DNA from: Dehalococcoidia bacterium
GTDB lineage: Bacteria > Chloroflexota > Dehalococcoidia > UBA2979
Direction: 5' to 3'
DNA length: 64,000 nucleotides
Assembly (NCBI GenBank): GCA_009379925.1
Contig: WHSU01000006.1
Location: forward strand, 32,077-96,076
Shown here: positions 38,524-48,127 of the stretch, in pieces
Layout of the letters: each line of letters starts with the position of its first letter
Position numbering within the stretch: the first letter of the stretch is position 1
Made by a program: the position numbers and the translations under genes
Notes under the pieces: model-generated
Databases searched by the model: none
Told to the model about the DNA's origin: nothing
The model's input: only the letters and a program-made list of their open reading frames with translations

Positions 38524-39288
38524 ATGCCCGCACCCTCATTTCCGGCCGGCACGCGCGTTGAGACGGTCTGCCTGGACCTGGACGGCACGCTGGTCGATGC
38601 GCTCGCCGGCTGGCGTGCTGCCTTCGCGCTGACGTGGCCACAACTGATCGAGGGCGCACCCTCGCTCGCGGGCCTTGGCGCCGCCGGGAGCGATCAGGTG
38701 TACGACCACCACGTGCGGCCGGCCATGCACGAGGCGTGGAGTGCCGACGGCGAGGGGGAGTGGGCCGACGCCTACGTGCTCGCCGGCTTTCGCACGCTGC
38801 TCCAGCGCCACGCGCAGCCCGACGCCGCGCTCGCCGAAGCCGCGGCCGCGCACTACCTGGCGGCGGCCAACGAACAGACACAGCTCTACCCGGACGCCGG
38901 CGCCCTGCTCGACTGGCTGTCTCCACGCTATCCGCTCGGGCTGATCAGCAACGGCCTGGGCCGCGACCAGCGCGCAAAGGCCGCCCGCTGCGGCCTAACG
39001 GCGCGCTTCGAGGTGATTGTGATCTCCGAGGAGGTCGACCTGCGGAAGCCGGACCCCGCGATCTTCCACTACGCCCTGGAGCGCCTGGGCGGCGCCGACC
39101 CCGCGACCTCGTTGTACGTCGGCGACAACGTCGAGCACGACGTGGCCGGCGCGCGGTCGGCCGGCATGCACGCGGTCTGGCTCAACCGCTCCGGCGCACC
39201 GTACGCGGGCCAGCCGATCCCCGACATCGAGATCGCCACGCTGGCGGAACTCCCGGGACTCCTCGACGCTGCCGGCCGCGCCGGCTAG
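38524..39288 (+). CDS. HAD-superfamily hydrolase (subfamily IA-like)
   Basis: Motif I is CLDLDGTL, motif II LGLISNG and motif IV YVGDNVEHDVAGA. Confidence 0.8.
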   Translation: MPAPSFPAGTRVETVCLDLDGTLVDALAGWRAAFALTWPQLIEGAPSLAGLGAAGSDQVYDHHVRPAMHEAWSADGEGEWADAYVLAGFRTLLQRHAQPDAALAEAAAAHYLAAANEQTQLYPDAGALLDWLSPRYPLGLISNGLGRDQRAKAARCGLTARFEVIVISEEVDLRKPDPAIFHYALERLGGADPATSLYVGDNVEHDVAGARSAGMHAVWLNRSGAPYAGQPIPDIEIATLAELPGLLDAAGRAG

Positions 39289-40355
39289 GTGCGGGCGCGG
39301 TCCGGCGCGGGCGCCGTCACGGCGTCCGGCTCGGCCGGCGGCGGGTCAAGGTCCCGCAGACGCCGCGACAGCAGGAGCATCGCGGCCAACCCGATCGCCG
39401 TGCCCAGCCAGAGCGTCACCGCCCGCGAGGCCAGCGCGGCGGCGGCCGCGGGGCCGCGCGAGAAGCCTTCGACCAGCGTGCTGGCGAGGGCCGTGAGGCC
39501 GCCTTCGGCGACACCGACCCCGCCCGGGGTCAGCAGCAAGCCACCGGCCAGCGTGGCCACCGGCCAGATGAACGCCGCGAGGTAGACCGTGGTCCACGTC
39601 CCCTCGACGCCCAGTCCCCGGAGGATGCACCAGTACGCCAGCGCCTCGAAGAGCCACGAGACATAGGCCACCGCGGTGAGCACGGGCACCGAGCGGAACG
39701 TGAGCAGGTCGCTCGCCGCGCCGTAGAAGTCCTCCACGTGCGGCGCGAAGCGCATCAGCAGCGGCACGCGCGACAGTGCGCGCTCAGCCAGTTGCGCCGC
39801 CGGCCGGTAGACGAGCACCAGCAGCATCGCCACCGAGATAGCGACCGATGCCCCCACCACCAGGAACGCCGTGCGGTAGACCAGCAGCCCTGCCGTCGCG
39901 AGCAACGCGAGGCCCAGCGTGTCGGTGATGCGCTCGACGAGGATGATCGGGGCGGTACGGGAGGCGGGGGCGCCTCGCAGCGCGTGGACGTAGTAGGACT
40001 TCACCCACTCACCGAACCACCCGGGCACCATCTGCATCGCCACGCCCGCCGCGTGGATCTGCCCCGAACGGGGCAGCGACAGTAACTCCTCGGGCGGCCG
40101 GGTCACGCGAGCCAGGAGCCAGTGCCAGCGCACGAAGCGCACGCTGTGCGCCGCGAGCCCGAGGGTGATCGCCAGCGCCAGCCAGCGCCAGCTCAGGTCC
40201 GCGAGCGCCCGCGTTACCTCGCCGAGGTTGCTCGATACCGCGACTGCGACCGAAACGATGACGGCGAGCGCGATGGACAGCGCCAGGTGCCGCCGAAGCC
40301 GGGAGCTGCTGCTCGGTGGCGGCGGTATCGGGGCGGCGGGGGCGGAGGACGCCAC
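39285..40355 (-). CDS. Flippase-like / LPG-synthase-TM (UPF0104) family membrane protein
   Basis: 356 aa with about 8 TM helices. The LTPGGVGVAEGGL motif is typical of this family. Confidence 0.65.
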   Translation of the reverse strand: MASSAPAAPIPPPPSSSSRLRRHLALSIALAVIVSVAVAVSSNLGEVTRALADLSWRWLALAITLGLAAHSVRFVRWHWLLARVTRPPEELLSLPRSGQIHAAGVAMQMVPGWFGEWVKSYYVHALRGAPASRTAPIILVERITDTLGLALLATAGLLVYRTAFLVVGASVAISVAMLLVLVYRPAAQLAERALSRVPLLMRFAPHVEDFYGAASDLLTFRSVPVLTAVAYVSWLFEALAYWCILRGLGVEGTWTTVYLAAFIWPVATLAGGLLLTPGGVGVAEGGLTALASTLVEGFSRGPAAAAALASRAVTLWLGTAIGLAAMLLLSRRLRDLDPPPAEPDAVTAPAPDRART

Positions 40356-40369
40356 CGCGGCGGGCTTCG

Positions 40370-41323
40370 CTACCCGAGCTTACGTGGTAGCACGCGTCGC
40401 ACCGCGTCCGCCACGCCGTCCGCGGTCAGCCCCATGATCTCCAGCACCTCGGACCACGTGCCGGACTCGCCATAGCGGTCGTCGACGCCCACGAACTCGA
40501 CGGGCACCGGATGCCGCGTGGCCAGCGCTTGCGCGCACATCGCGCCCAGCCCGGAGTGCATCAGGTGCTCTTCCGCCACGACGATCGCGCCCGTCTCGCG
40601 CGCGGCACGTTCGAGCGTGGCGACATCGAGCGGGCGGATCGTCGACATGTTGACGACGCGCACGCCGATGCCTTCGCCCTGCAGCCGCTCCGCGGCGATC
40701 AGGGCACGTTCGACCATCAGCCCGCAGGCCACGACCGTGACGTCCGAGCCCGCACGCACCTCGTCGGCGCGGCCGATCTGGAACCGCGGACCGTCGCCAT
40801 AGATCACCGCGGTCTTCGGGCGGCCGGTGCGGATGTAGAACGGACCCTCGGTGCGGGCGGCCGCTTCCACCACGGCCGCCGCCTCCACCACGTCGGCGGG
40901 GACACACACCGTGAAGTTCACGAGCGAGGAGAAGAGCGCGATGTCCTCGATGGACTGCGCGGAGGCGCCGTCCTCGCCGGTGGACACGCCGCCGTGGCTG
41001 GCCACTACCTTCACGTTCGTCCGCGGCTGTGCGACGGACATGCGGAGCTGGTCGAAGGCGTGCTCCGCGAACACCGCGAAGGTCGAGGCGAACACCGTGT
41101 GGCCTACCGTGGCGAGGCCGGCGGCCGCCGAGATCATGTTCTGCTCGGCCACGCCGAAGGTCAGGAAGCGCTCCGGGAACTCTTCTTTGAACTTGCGCGC
41201 CGAGGTGGACTTCCCCAGGTCGGCGTCCACGACCACGATGTCCAGCCCCTCGTGTCGGAGGCGGACGAGCGTCGGCCCCAGGGCCTCACGAGTAGCGGCG
41301 GGGGCGTGGGCGGCGGTCGTCAT
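40370..41323 (-). CDS. Transketolase, C-terminal (pyrimidine-binding) subunit
   Basis: ATG 41323 overlaps the stop of the upstream subunit (TGATG). Sequence: FLTFGVAEQNMISAAAGLA...HGGVSTGEDGASAQSIEDIA. Confidence 0.9.
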   Translation of the reverse strand: MTTAAHAPAATREALGPTLVRLRHEGLDIVVVDADLGKSTSARKFKEEFPERFLTFGVAEQNMISAAAGLATVGHTVFASTFAVFAEHAFDQLRMSVAQPRTNVKVVASHGGVSTGEDGASAQSIEDIALFSSLVNFTVCVPADVVEAAAVVEAAARTEGPFYIRTGRPKTAVIYGDGPRFQIGRADEVRAGSDVTVVACGLMVERALIAAERLQGEGIGVRVVNMSTIRPLDVATLERAARETGAIVVAEEHLMHSGLGAMCAQALATRHPVPVEFVGVDDRYGESGTWSEVLEIMGLTADGVADAVRRVLPRKLG

Positions 41324-42147
41324 CAGTCGGCCAACTCCTGCATGGCGCGTTCGAACTCCTCGTCGGTGGGAGGCGCACCGTGGAAGGCAGGGTTGTGTTC
41401 CATGAATGACACGCCCTTCCCCTTCACGGTATCGAAGATGACCATCGCTGGCTGCCCCTTGACGTCGCGCGCCCACGTCAGCCCGGCCTCCACCGCCGCG
41501 AGGTCGTGGCCATCGAGGCCACTGCGCACGGCCCAGCCGAAGGCGCGGTACTTCTCGTCCAGTGGCTCGGTGCGCATCGTCTCGGCGGTAAAGTCGTCGT
41601 TCTGGATGCCGTTGCGGTCGATGATGCCGACGAGGCCGTCGACCTGGTGGTGCGCGGCGGCCATCGCCGCCTCCCACACCTGCCCCTCGTCCTGCTCGCC
41701 GTCGCCCATCAGCACGTAGACGTGGTTGTCGAGGGCGCGCAGGCGCGCGCCCAAACGGATGCCGAGGCCGAACGAGAGCCCCATGCCCAGCGACCCGGCG
41801 CTGTTCTCCACGCCGGGAGGCTTACCGAGCACAGCGTGCCCCTGGAGCCGGGAACCCAGGCGGCGGAACGTCTCCAGCTCGTCGACGGGGATGTAGCCCG
41901 ACTCCGCCAGCACGGCGTAGAGGAGTGGGGTGCAGTGGCCCTTGCTGATGATGAAGCGGTCGCGCTCCGGCCAGTCCGGGCGCCGCGGGTCGTGGCGCAT
42001 CAGCTTCGCGTAGAGCGTCGCTGCGATCTCCACGCTCGACATCGAACCGCCGATGTGGCCGGACTTGGCCGCGTAGACCATGCGCACGATGTGCCGGCGC
42101 ATCCGGCGCGTCATGGCTTGCAGGTCCGTCTGCGTCTCGATCACCAC
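41323..42147 (-). CDS. Transketolase, N-terminal (TPP-binding) subunit
   Basis: Sequence: SGHIGGSMSSVEIAATLY...FIISKGHCTPLLYAVL...VLMGDGEQDEGQVWEAA...IIDRNGIQ. Confidence 0.9.
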   Translation of the reverse strand: MVIETQTDLQAMTRRMRRHIVRMVYAAKSGHIGGSMSSVEIAATLYAKLMRHDPRRPDWPERDRFIISKGHCTPLLYAVLAESGYIPVDELETFRRLGSRLQGHAVLGKPPGVENSAGSLGMGLSFGLGIRLGARLRALDNHVYVLMGDGEQDEGQVWEAAMAAAHHQVDGLVGIIDRNGIQNDDFTAETMRTEPLDEKYRAFGWAVRSGLDGHDLAAVEAGLTWARDVKGQPAMVIFDTVKGKGVSFMEHNPAFHGAPPTDEEFERAMQELAD

Positions 42148-42269
42148 AATGTGTACCCCGCCCCTGTGGTATTGCGGCGAGTATACGAACCGTCATCCCC
42201 TCGGTCGAATGCCGCGAGGACGCTGGTGATGACATTGCGAGACGCCTCGCCAGCTACACGGCGACCGGC

Positions 42270-42464
42270 TCAGGCGCACGAGGAGTGCCCGCAGATCGGG
42301 CAGAGCCGGCACCCTTCACCAAAGGCGAGCGGGCCGCCGCAGTCCGGACAGCGCGGCCCGAAGACCGGCGTCCGGCGCAGGCGGCGCACGGCCGCATCGG
42401 TGCGCGGGGCGGCCGCGACGGTCGCGGAGGGCGGTGTCGTCGAGGGCGGAGCGATGGAGACCAT
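42270..42464 (-). CDS. Small zinc-ribbon protein (64 aa)
   Basis: The C-terminus is CPDCGGPLAFGEGCRLCPICGHSSCA. GC3 is very high. The SD is weak, so translation is not certain. Confidence 0.45.
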   Translation of the reverse strand: MVSIAPPSTTPPSATVAAAPRTDAAVRRLRRTPVFGPRCPDCGGPLAFGEGCRLCPICGHSSCA

Positions 42465-42531
42465 GAGGCGAGCCGTTCTGCACCAGCGTGCAATTCAGAA
42501 CATTTGTGCCAGTACCCGTGATGCTAGATCA

Positions 42532-42543
42532 GAACGGTTGTTC
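42532..42543. promoter_or_regulatory. GAAC-N4-GTTC palindrome (Cheo/SOS-box-like)
   Basis: GAACGGTTGTTC is a perfect inverted repeat. It lies in the divergent region between the zinc-ribbon gene (-) and the 59-aa membrane protein/glycerate kinase genes (+). Confidence 0.3.
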
Positions 42544-42608
42544 CAGTCAACCTCGCGCGTCACACCCCGTACGATGTCGCCCGCACCCAGTCCGCCCGGA
42601 GGCCGCGC

Positions 42609-42788
42609 ATGTCCAGCCTGCTCCGCATCCTGCTCATCGTCGGCGGGCTCTTTGTCCTCTACCTCGTGTTGTTCAACCCGAGGCAACTCGGCTGGCTGGG
42701 CCGCAAGGCGAAGGTGGTGGCGTACGCGTACGTGGCGGCCATCCTGATCAGCGCCGCGCTGCGCCTCACCACCGGCTGGGGCACGTGA
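42609..42788 (+). CDS. Unannotated small membrane protein (59 aa, two hydrophobic helices)
   Basis: It falls below the ORF-track length cutoff. My translation is MSSLLRILLIVGGLFVLYLVLFNPRQLGWLGRKAKVVAYAYVAAILISAALRLTTGWGT*. GGAGG lies 6 nt upstream and GC3 is high. The stop lies 1 nt before the glycerate kinase GTG. Confidence 0.6.
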   Translation: MSSLLRILLIVGGLFVLYLVLFNPRQLGWLGRKAKVVAYAYVAAILISAALRLTTGWGT

Positions 42789-42789
42789 C

Positions 42790-43962
42790 GTGACCGACGG
42801 TCCGGCGGCGAGGCCGGCACTGCGCATCCTCGTCTGCCCGCAGGAGTTCAAGGGCTCCCTGGACCCCATCGCCGCCGCCCGGGCGATCGCCGCCGGCGTC
42901 CGGCGTGCACTCCCCGCCGCCGAGGTCCACGAGCTACCGATAGCAGACGGCGGTCCCGGCACTGTCGCGCTCGTCGCCGCCGCAGGCGGTGCCCGCATCG
43001 TCCGCCACGAGGCGCGCGGACCCCTCGGCGCGCCGGTGCAGGCGGCGTACGCGTTGATCGAACGCCCCGGCGGACCGGCGACGGCGATCATCGAGGCCGC
43101 GGCGACCGCCGGGCTCGTGCTGGTGCCCGAGGCAGAGCGCGATCCCGGCCGAGCATCGAGCGCCGGCGTGGGGGAGCAGGTGCGCCACGCCCTGGCGGCG
43201 GGCGCACGCCGCGTCGTCGTGGGCGTCGGCGGTACGGCCACGAACGACGGCGGCGCGGGCGCGGCGCAGGCCCTCGGCCTGCGGCTGCTCGACCCCGCGG
43301 GCGGACCGCTGGCGTCCGACCCGCTACACCTCGCGCGTCTCGCGCGCATCGAGGCGGACGCGGTCGACCCCGCGCTGCGTGACGTGGAGGTGCGGCTGGC
43401 AGTCGACGTGATGAACCCGCTGCTCGGCCCACGCGGAGCGACCGCTGTCTACGGCGCGCAGAAGGGCGTCACGGACTGGCTCGCGCCGGCCCTCGATGCC
43501 GCGCTCGCACGCTGGGCCGAGCGGCTGCGCGAGGACCTCGGGTTCGATGTCACCACGCTCGAGGGGGCAGGGGCCGGCGGCGGGATGCCGGCGGGCATCC
43601 TCGCGGCGGCGCATGCGGCGGGGGCCCGCTCGAGCATCGAATCCGGCGCGGCACTGGTCGCGGAGGCCATCGGGCTACGGGCCGCCATCGAGGCGGCGGA
43701 CCTGGTGGTCACGGGCGAGGGGCGCCTCGACGCCCAGAGCGGCTACGGCAAGGCCGTGGGGCACGTCATCCGGCTCGCGCGCGAAGCCGGCCGCCCCTGC
43801 CTCGCCGTGGCCGGCAGCATCGAGGGCCTCCCGGACGGCATCGACGGCGCCGAACCGCTCGTCGCCGAGGGCACCCCGCCCGCCGAGGCGATGGCCCGCG
43901 CGGCGGAACTCGTAGAGGCAGCCTCGGAGCGCCTCGTGCGGCGGTGGGCGTCAGCGGGGTAG
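42790..43962 (+). CDS. Glycerate kinase
   Basis: Sequence: ILVCPQEFKGSL...LPIADGGPGT...GVGGTATNDGGAGAAQALG...VTGEGRLDAQSGYGKAV. Confidence 0.85.
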   Translation: MTDGPAARPALRILVCPQEFKGSLDPIAAARAIAAGVRRALPAAEVHELPIADGGPGTVALVAAAGGARIVRHEARGPLGAPVQAAYALIERPGGPATAIIEAAATAGLVLVPEAERDPGRASSAGVGEQVRHALAAGARRVVVGVGGTATNDGGAGAAQALGLRLLDPAGGPLASDPLHLARLARIEADAVDPALRDVEVRLAVDVMNPLLGPRGATAVYGAQKGVTDWLAPALDAALARWAERLREDLGFDVTTLEGAGAGGGMPAGILAAAHAAGARSSIESGAALVAEAIGLRAAIEAADLVVTGEGRLDAQSGYGKAVGHVIRLAREAGRPCLAVAGSIEGLPDGIDGAEPLVAEGTPPAEAMARAAELVEAASERLVRRWASAG

Positions 43963-44001
43963 CGCGGGGCGGGCACCAAGGGCAGGTGCTAGCGTGGTCG
44001 A

Positions 44002-45213
44002 GTGCGCTCCCGACCATTCATCGTCCTGTATTGCTCGGTGCTGGTGGCGACCATGGGCATCTCCATGGTCAGCCCCCTCTTGCCCGTCTTTGCCGAGGAC
44101 CTGGGCGCGACCGGGGTGTGGATCGGGCTGACGTTCTCGATCTTCGCGGTCACGCAGACCCTCGTCAGCCCGTTCGTGGGCGGCTGGTCGGACCGCCACG
44201 GACGGAAGCCGTTCATCATCGGCGGCTTGCTGCTCTACTTCGTGGCGGCGCTCGGCTACCTGACGGCGGACACCTTCGCGCAGGTGCTCGCCTTCCGAGC
44301 GCTCAGCGGGTGCGGCACGAGCCTGATCTTCTCCGTGGCCCGCGCATACGTCGGCGACTTCGTGCCACCGGGCCACGAGGGCCGGTGGTTTGGCATCTTC
44401 GCCACGGCGGACATCGTGGGCTTCGGCCTCGGACCGCTGCTGGCCGGGGGCATCCGCGAGTGGTTGGGCTTCGACGCGGTCTTCGTGGCGATGGCGGTGC
44501 TGATGGCGTCGTCGGCGCTCATTGTGTGGACCCTGCTCCCGAGGCAAGCGGTCGCCGAGCGGTACACAGGAGACACCACGGGGTCGGCCGGGCTTGCCTC
44601 GCTGCGTGCGCTGCGCGTGCCACTGGTCGCGGCGCTCACGTTGAACATGGGCCTGATCTCGCTGTCCTTCGGCTCCACGTTCAGCTTCCTGGCCGTCCGC
44701 CTGGAGGACCTGGGCATCGGTCCGTTCATCATCGGCCTGGCTTTCTCGATGGAAAGCCTGGCCAGCGGCGCATCGCAGCCGTTCTTCGGCCGCCTCGCCG
44801 ACCTGCGCGACCGGCGGCGCCTGGTCGCCATCGGGCTCGGGGTCACGTCGGTGATGCTGTTCTCGCTGGGGCTCGTGGAATCGATCGGCCTGGTGATGGC
44901 GCTGATGTTCGGCATGGGCCTCGGCGGCGGGTTGGCGCTGGTCGCCTCGAGCGCCCTTCAGGTCGAGGCGGGCCGCAGCGTGGGCATGGGCACCGTGAAC
45001 GGCCTCGGTTCGGCCGGCAACGGTGTGGGCGTGGTGTTCGGTTCCGTCACCGGCGGCCTGATCGTGGACGCGTTCTCCGCGCCCGCCGCCTTCTTCTTCG
45101 CGGGCGTCGCCATGGCCTCGGGCATCCCGCTCTTCCTCTGGCTCACCCGCACCCGCCCGCCCGCCGCGCCAGCCGAGGCGACCCCGGTCGTCGAGCGGGA
45201 GGTGGCGGGTTAA
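44002..45213 (+). CDS. MFS transporter
   Basis: 403 aa with 12 predicted TM helices. The MFS signature GGWSDRHGRKPFI lies between TM2 and TM3. Confidence 0.85.
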   Translation: MRSRPFIVLYCSVLVATMGISMVSPLLPVFAEDLGATGVWIGLTFSIFAVTQTLVSPFVGGWSDRHGRKPFIIGGLLLYFVAALGYLTADTFAQVLAFRALSGCGTSLIFSVARAYVGDFVPPGHEGRWFGIFATADIVGFGLGPLLAGGIREWLGFDAVFVAMAVLMASSALIVWTLLPRQAVAERYTGDTTGSAGLASLRALRVPLVAALTLNMGLISLSFGSTFSFLAVRLEDLGIGPFIIGLAFSMESLASGASQPFFGRLADLRDRRRLVAIGLGVTSVMLFSLGLVESIGLVMALMFGMGLGGGLALVASSALQVEAGRSVGMGTVNGLGSAGNGVGVVFGSVTGGLIVDAFSAPAAFFFAGVAMASGIPLFLWLTRTRPPAAPAEATPVVEREVAG

Positions 45214-45707
45214 CCTCTCGCAGCCCTCGGAGCGCGGGGGCGCTGCATGGCGTCGCGGGAGGCGCGCCATTCGTGGTACTCGGGCACGGGCTCTTGCACC
45301 ACGTAGAGGAAGATGTAACAGCCGGTCTCGCCGAGGAACTTGAACTGCTTGCGCAGGTCCTTCACGGTCGCCTCGAAGTCGCCGTGGGAACGCAAGTACT
45401 CGCGGAAGCCGCCGTGCTCCGCCTCGAGGTCGAGCATGCGCTGCGCGTTGCCGACGATGGCTTCGATTTTCCGGCGGTTGCGGATGACGCGCGTGTCCGA
45501 GGCGAGCGCGGTGACCTCCGGCTCCCCGAACGCGGCGACCCGCTTCGCGTCGAAGCCCGCGAAGGCGCCGCGGATGCCCGGCCACTTCTTGTCGACCACG
45601 TCCCACGAGATGCCGGTCTGGAAGACGGACTTGCTCATCGCCTCAAGGTAATCGCCGAGGCGTTGCGGGTTGACCTGGGGCGGAGCGCCGGGTTCACGTC
45701 GGGGCAT
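45210..45707 (-). CDS. tag: DNA-3-methyladenine glycosylase I-like protein (Adenine_glyco family)
   Basis: Sequence: VFQTGISWDVVDKKWPGIRGAFAGFDAKRVAAF...IRNRRKIEAIVGNAQ. The typical N-terminal zinc-binding YHDxEWG segment is missing. Confidence 0.7.
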   Translation of the reverse strand: MPRREPGAPPQVNPQRLGDYLEAMSKSVFQTGISWDVVDKKWPGIRGAFAGFDAKRVAAFGEPEVTALASDTRVIRNRRKIEAIVGNAQRMLDLEAEHGGFREYLRSHGDFEATVKDLRKQFKFLGETGCYIFLYVVQEPVPEYHEWRASRDAMQRPRAPRAARG

Positions 45708-45826
45708 CGCATGACCTCCTCGATGCGCGCGTCAGCATACGCCTGCGCCGTGGCCGCCGTTCGACGCGGCCCGCCCGCCCTCGTAGACTCCGGCGCGCGA
45801 GCGAGTGACCGAGGAGCGGGGGAGCG

Positions 45827-46597
45827 ATGGCGGACCTCAGCGGGCGCAAGGCGCTGGTGACCGGGGGCGGGCGCGGCATCGGCCGCGGCATCTGCGTGCA
45901 GCTGGCGAGGGCCGGCGCCGACGTCGCCGTCAACTACCACAGCAACGACGCCGCGGCGGCCGAGGTCGCCGAGCAGGTGCGCGCCCTCGGACGGCAGGCC
46001 GTGACGATCAGGGGCGACGTCTCGAAGTACGAGGAGTGCGGGGCGATCACGCAGCAGGCGGTGGACGCCTTCGGTTACATCGACATCCTCGTGAACAACG
46101 CCGGCGTGGGCGCGACCGCCCTTGGCCGGCCGATCATCACCGAGACCAAACCCGAGGACTTCGAGTGGCTGATGGCCACGCACGCCTGGGGCTCCTTCTA
46201 CATGTGCCAGCAGCTCCTGCCACAGATGCGGGAGCGCGAGCGGGGCGACGTGATCATGATCTCCTCGGTAGCGGCGCAGACCTGGGGCGCCACGGGCGGC
46301 ACCTACAACGCCGCGAAGAGCGCCATGGAGGCGCTGGCCCACACCCTGGCGAAGGAGGAGCGGCAGCACGGCATCCGGGTCAACATCGTGGCGCCGGGGC
46401 TCGTCGAGACGGACATGGGCGAGACGCTGGTGAAGTTCACGCGAGGCGTGGACAGCATCAAGGAGCTGGCCGAGCGCCAGCCGTTCGGCTTCCTCTGCCA
46501 GCCCGAGGACATCGCCAATGCGGTCGTCTTCCTGGCCACCGAGGAAGGCCGATACGTCACCAACCAGCGCATCACGGTCTCGGGCGGAGGCTTCTAA
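45827..46597 (+). CDS. SDR-family oxidoreductase (FabG-like), copy 1
   Basis: Cofactor motif TGGGRGIGRG, NNAG, and the catalytic YNAAK context. Confidence 0.85.
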   Translation: MADLSGRKALVTGGGRGIGRGICVQLARAGADVAVNYHSNDAAAAEVAEQVRALGRQAVTIRGDVSKYEECGAITQQAVDAFGYIDILVNNAGVGATALGRPIITETKPEDFEWLMATHAWGSFYMCQQLLPQMRERERGDVIMISSVAAQTWGATGGTYNAAKSAMEALAHTLAKEERQHGIRVNIVAPGLVETDMGETLVKFTRGVDSIKELAERQPFGFLCQPEDIANAVVFLATEEGRYVTNQRITVSGGGF

Positions 46598-47385
46598 TGG
46601 CATCTCCGGTGCCGGGATACCCGGCAGGAGGCATCGAAGACCGCGTCGCGTTGGTGACGGGCGGCGGGCGAGGCATCGGCCGGGGCATCGTGCTCGCCCT
46701 CGCGCGCGCGGGCGCGGACGTCGCCATCAACTACGGGCGCAACGCCGATGCCGCGAACGAGACGGCCGAGGAGGTGCGGGCGCTCGGCCGCCGCGCGGAG
46801 ACGTACCATGCGGACGTGGCGGACTTCGCCCAGTGCCAGGCGATGGCGGAGCGCGCGCTCGCTGACTTCGGGAGCATCGGCATCCTCGTGAACAACGCGG
46901 GGATCGCCTCGCGTGGCAACACCGTGGTGGAGACGGATCCCGAGGAGATGCGGCGCGTGGTGCGCACGCATGCGTTCGGCTCGCTCCACATGTCGAAGCT
47001 GCTCGTGCCGCAAATGCGCGGACTGGAGCGCGGCGACGTGGTCATGATCTCCTCGGGCGCCGCGCAGAGCCTCGGTGCGCGGGGCGCGCCCTACAACATG
47101 GGCAAGGCAGCGCAGGAGGCGGTGGCGTACACGCTCGCGAAGGAGGAGCGACAGCACGGCATCCGCGTCAACGTCGTCGCCCCGGGGCTCGTCGAGAGCG
47201 AGATGGGCCGCCGCCTGGCGCGCGCGACGCGGGGCGTAGAGGACATCCGCGAGCTGGACGCACGCAGCCCCTTCGGCTTCGTCTGCCAGCCCGAGGACAT
47301 CGCGAACGCCGTCGTCTACCTCGTCGGCGACACAGGGCGGTATGTGACGAACCAGCGCATCAGCGTGAACGGCGGCGGGTTCTGA
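46597..47385 (+). CDS. SDR-family oxidoreductase (FabG-like), copy 2 (tandem paralogue)
   Basis: ATG overlaps the stop of copy 1 (TAATG). Motifs are TGGGRGIGRG, NNAG and YNMGK. It aligns along its full length with copy 1. Confidence 0.85.
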   Translation: MASPVPGYPAGGIEDRVALVTGGGRGIGRGIVLALARAGADVAINYGRNADAANETAEEVRALGRRAETYHADVADFAQCQAMAERALADFGSIGILVNNAGIASRGNTVVETDPEEMRRVVRTHAFGSLHMSKLLVPQMRGLERGDVVMISSGAAQSLGARGAPYNMGKAAQEAVAYTLAKEERQHGIRVNVVAPGLVESEMGRRLARATRGVEDIRELDARSPFGFVCQPEDIANAVVYLVGDTGRYVTNQRISVNGGGF

Positions 47386-47413
47386 CTCGGTGGTTTCTGA
47401 TTCGGGGCGGTGG

Positions 47414-48025
47414 ATGACCAGCGACGCAGACCACAACGAGTCCGTCGCAGGCCTCGACTGGCGTGGGCTTATCGAGGTGGGGCGTGACCTCTACCTGACG
47501 GGCCTCGTCACGTCGCACGGCGGGAACCTCTCGCTGGAACGCTTCGGCGGTGGCGCGCTGATCACGCGCACCGGCGGAATGCTGGGCCACCTGTCGGAGG
47601 CGGACCTCGTGCCCATCAATGGCGGCGGGCAGCGCGACCGGCGCGAGGACCCGGAGCCCTCCTCGAACACCGCGGTCCACCTGGCGATCTACGCGAACCA
47701 ACCGGAGGCGAAGGCGGTCATCCACGCGCACGCGGTCTACACGGTCGCGGTGTGCGAGCGCTGGGAGGCCATCGACCCTCCGAACGTCGAGGGCAAGCGC
47801 TTTCTCGGCCGCGTCCCGGTACTCGACCTCCAGGTGGGCGAGGAAGCACTCCCGGTGGCGGAAGCCCTACGCGAGCGGCGCATCGTGGCGGTGCGCGGTC
47901 ACGGCACCTTCGCCTGGGGCACGGACATCTGGGACGCGCTACGCGTCACCTCGGCGCTCGAGGAGTCCTCGCAGCTGATCCACCTACGAGGGGTGACGAC
48001 CCGTCCTCCTCCTCCGCCTGCGTGA
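47414..48025 (+). CDS. Class II aldolase/adducin-family protein
   Basis: Sequence: TSHGGNLS...SSNTAVHLAIY...VIHAHAVYTVAV...VRGHGTFAWG. The start is uncertain (47390 or 47414). Confidence 0.75.
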   Translation: MTSDADHNESVAGLDWRGLIEVGRDLYLTGLVTSHGGNLSLERFGGGALITRTGGMLGHLSEADLVPINGGGQRDRREDPEPSSNTAVHLAIYANQPEAKAVIHAHAVYTVAVCERWEAIDPPNVEGKRFLGRVPVLDLQVGEEALPVAEALRERRIVAVRGHGTFAWGTDIWDALRVTSALEESSQLIHLRGVTTRPPPPPA

Positions 48026-48127
48026 GGTCGCCGAAGCGAGCCCAAGAATGTGCTTACCGGCTCGTGGCCGGAGGAGCCCGCTCGGGCTGAGCAGGCGGAA
48101 GGTCGCGCACTCCGCCACTGACCCGGG

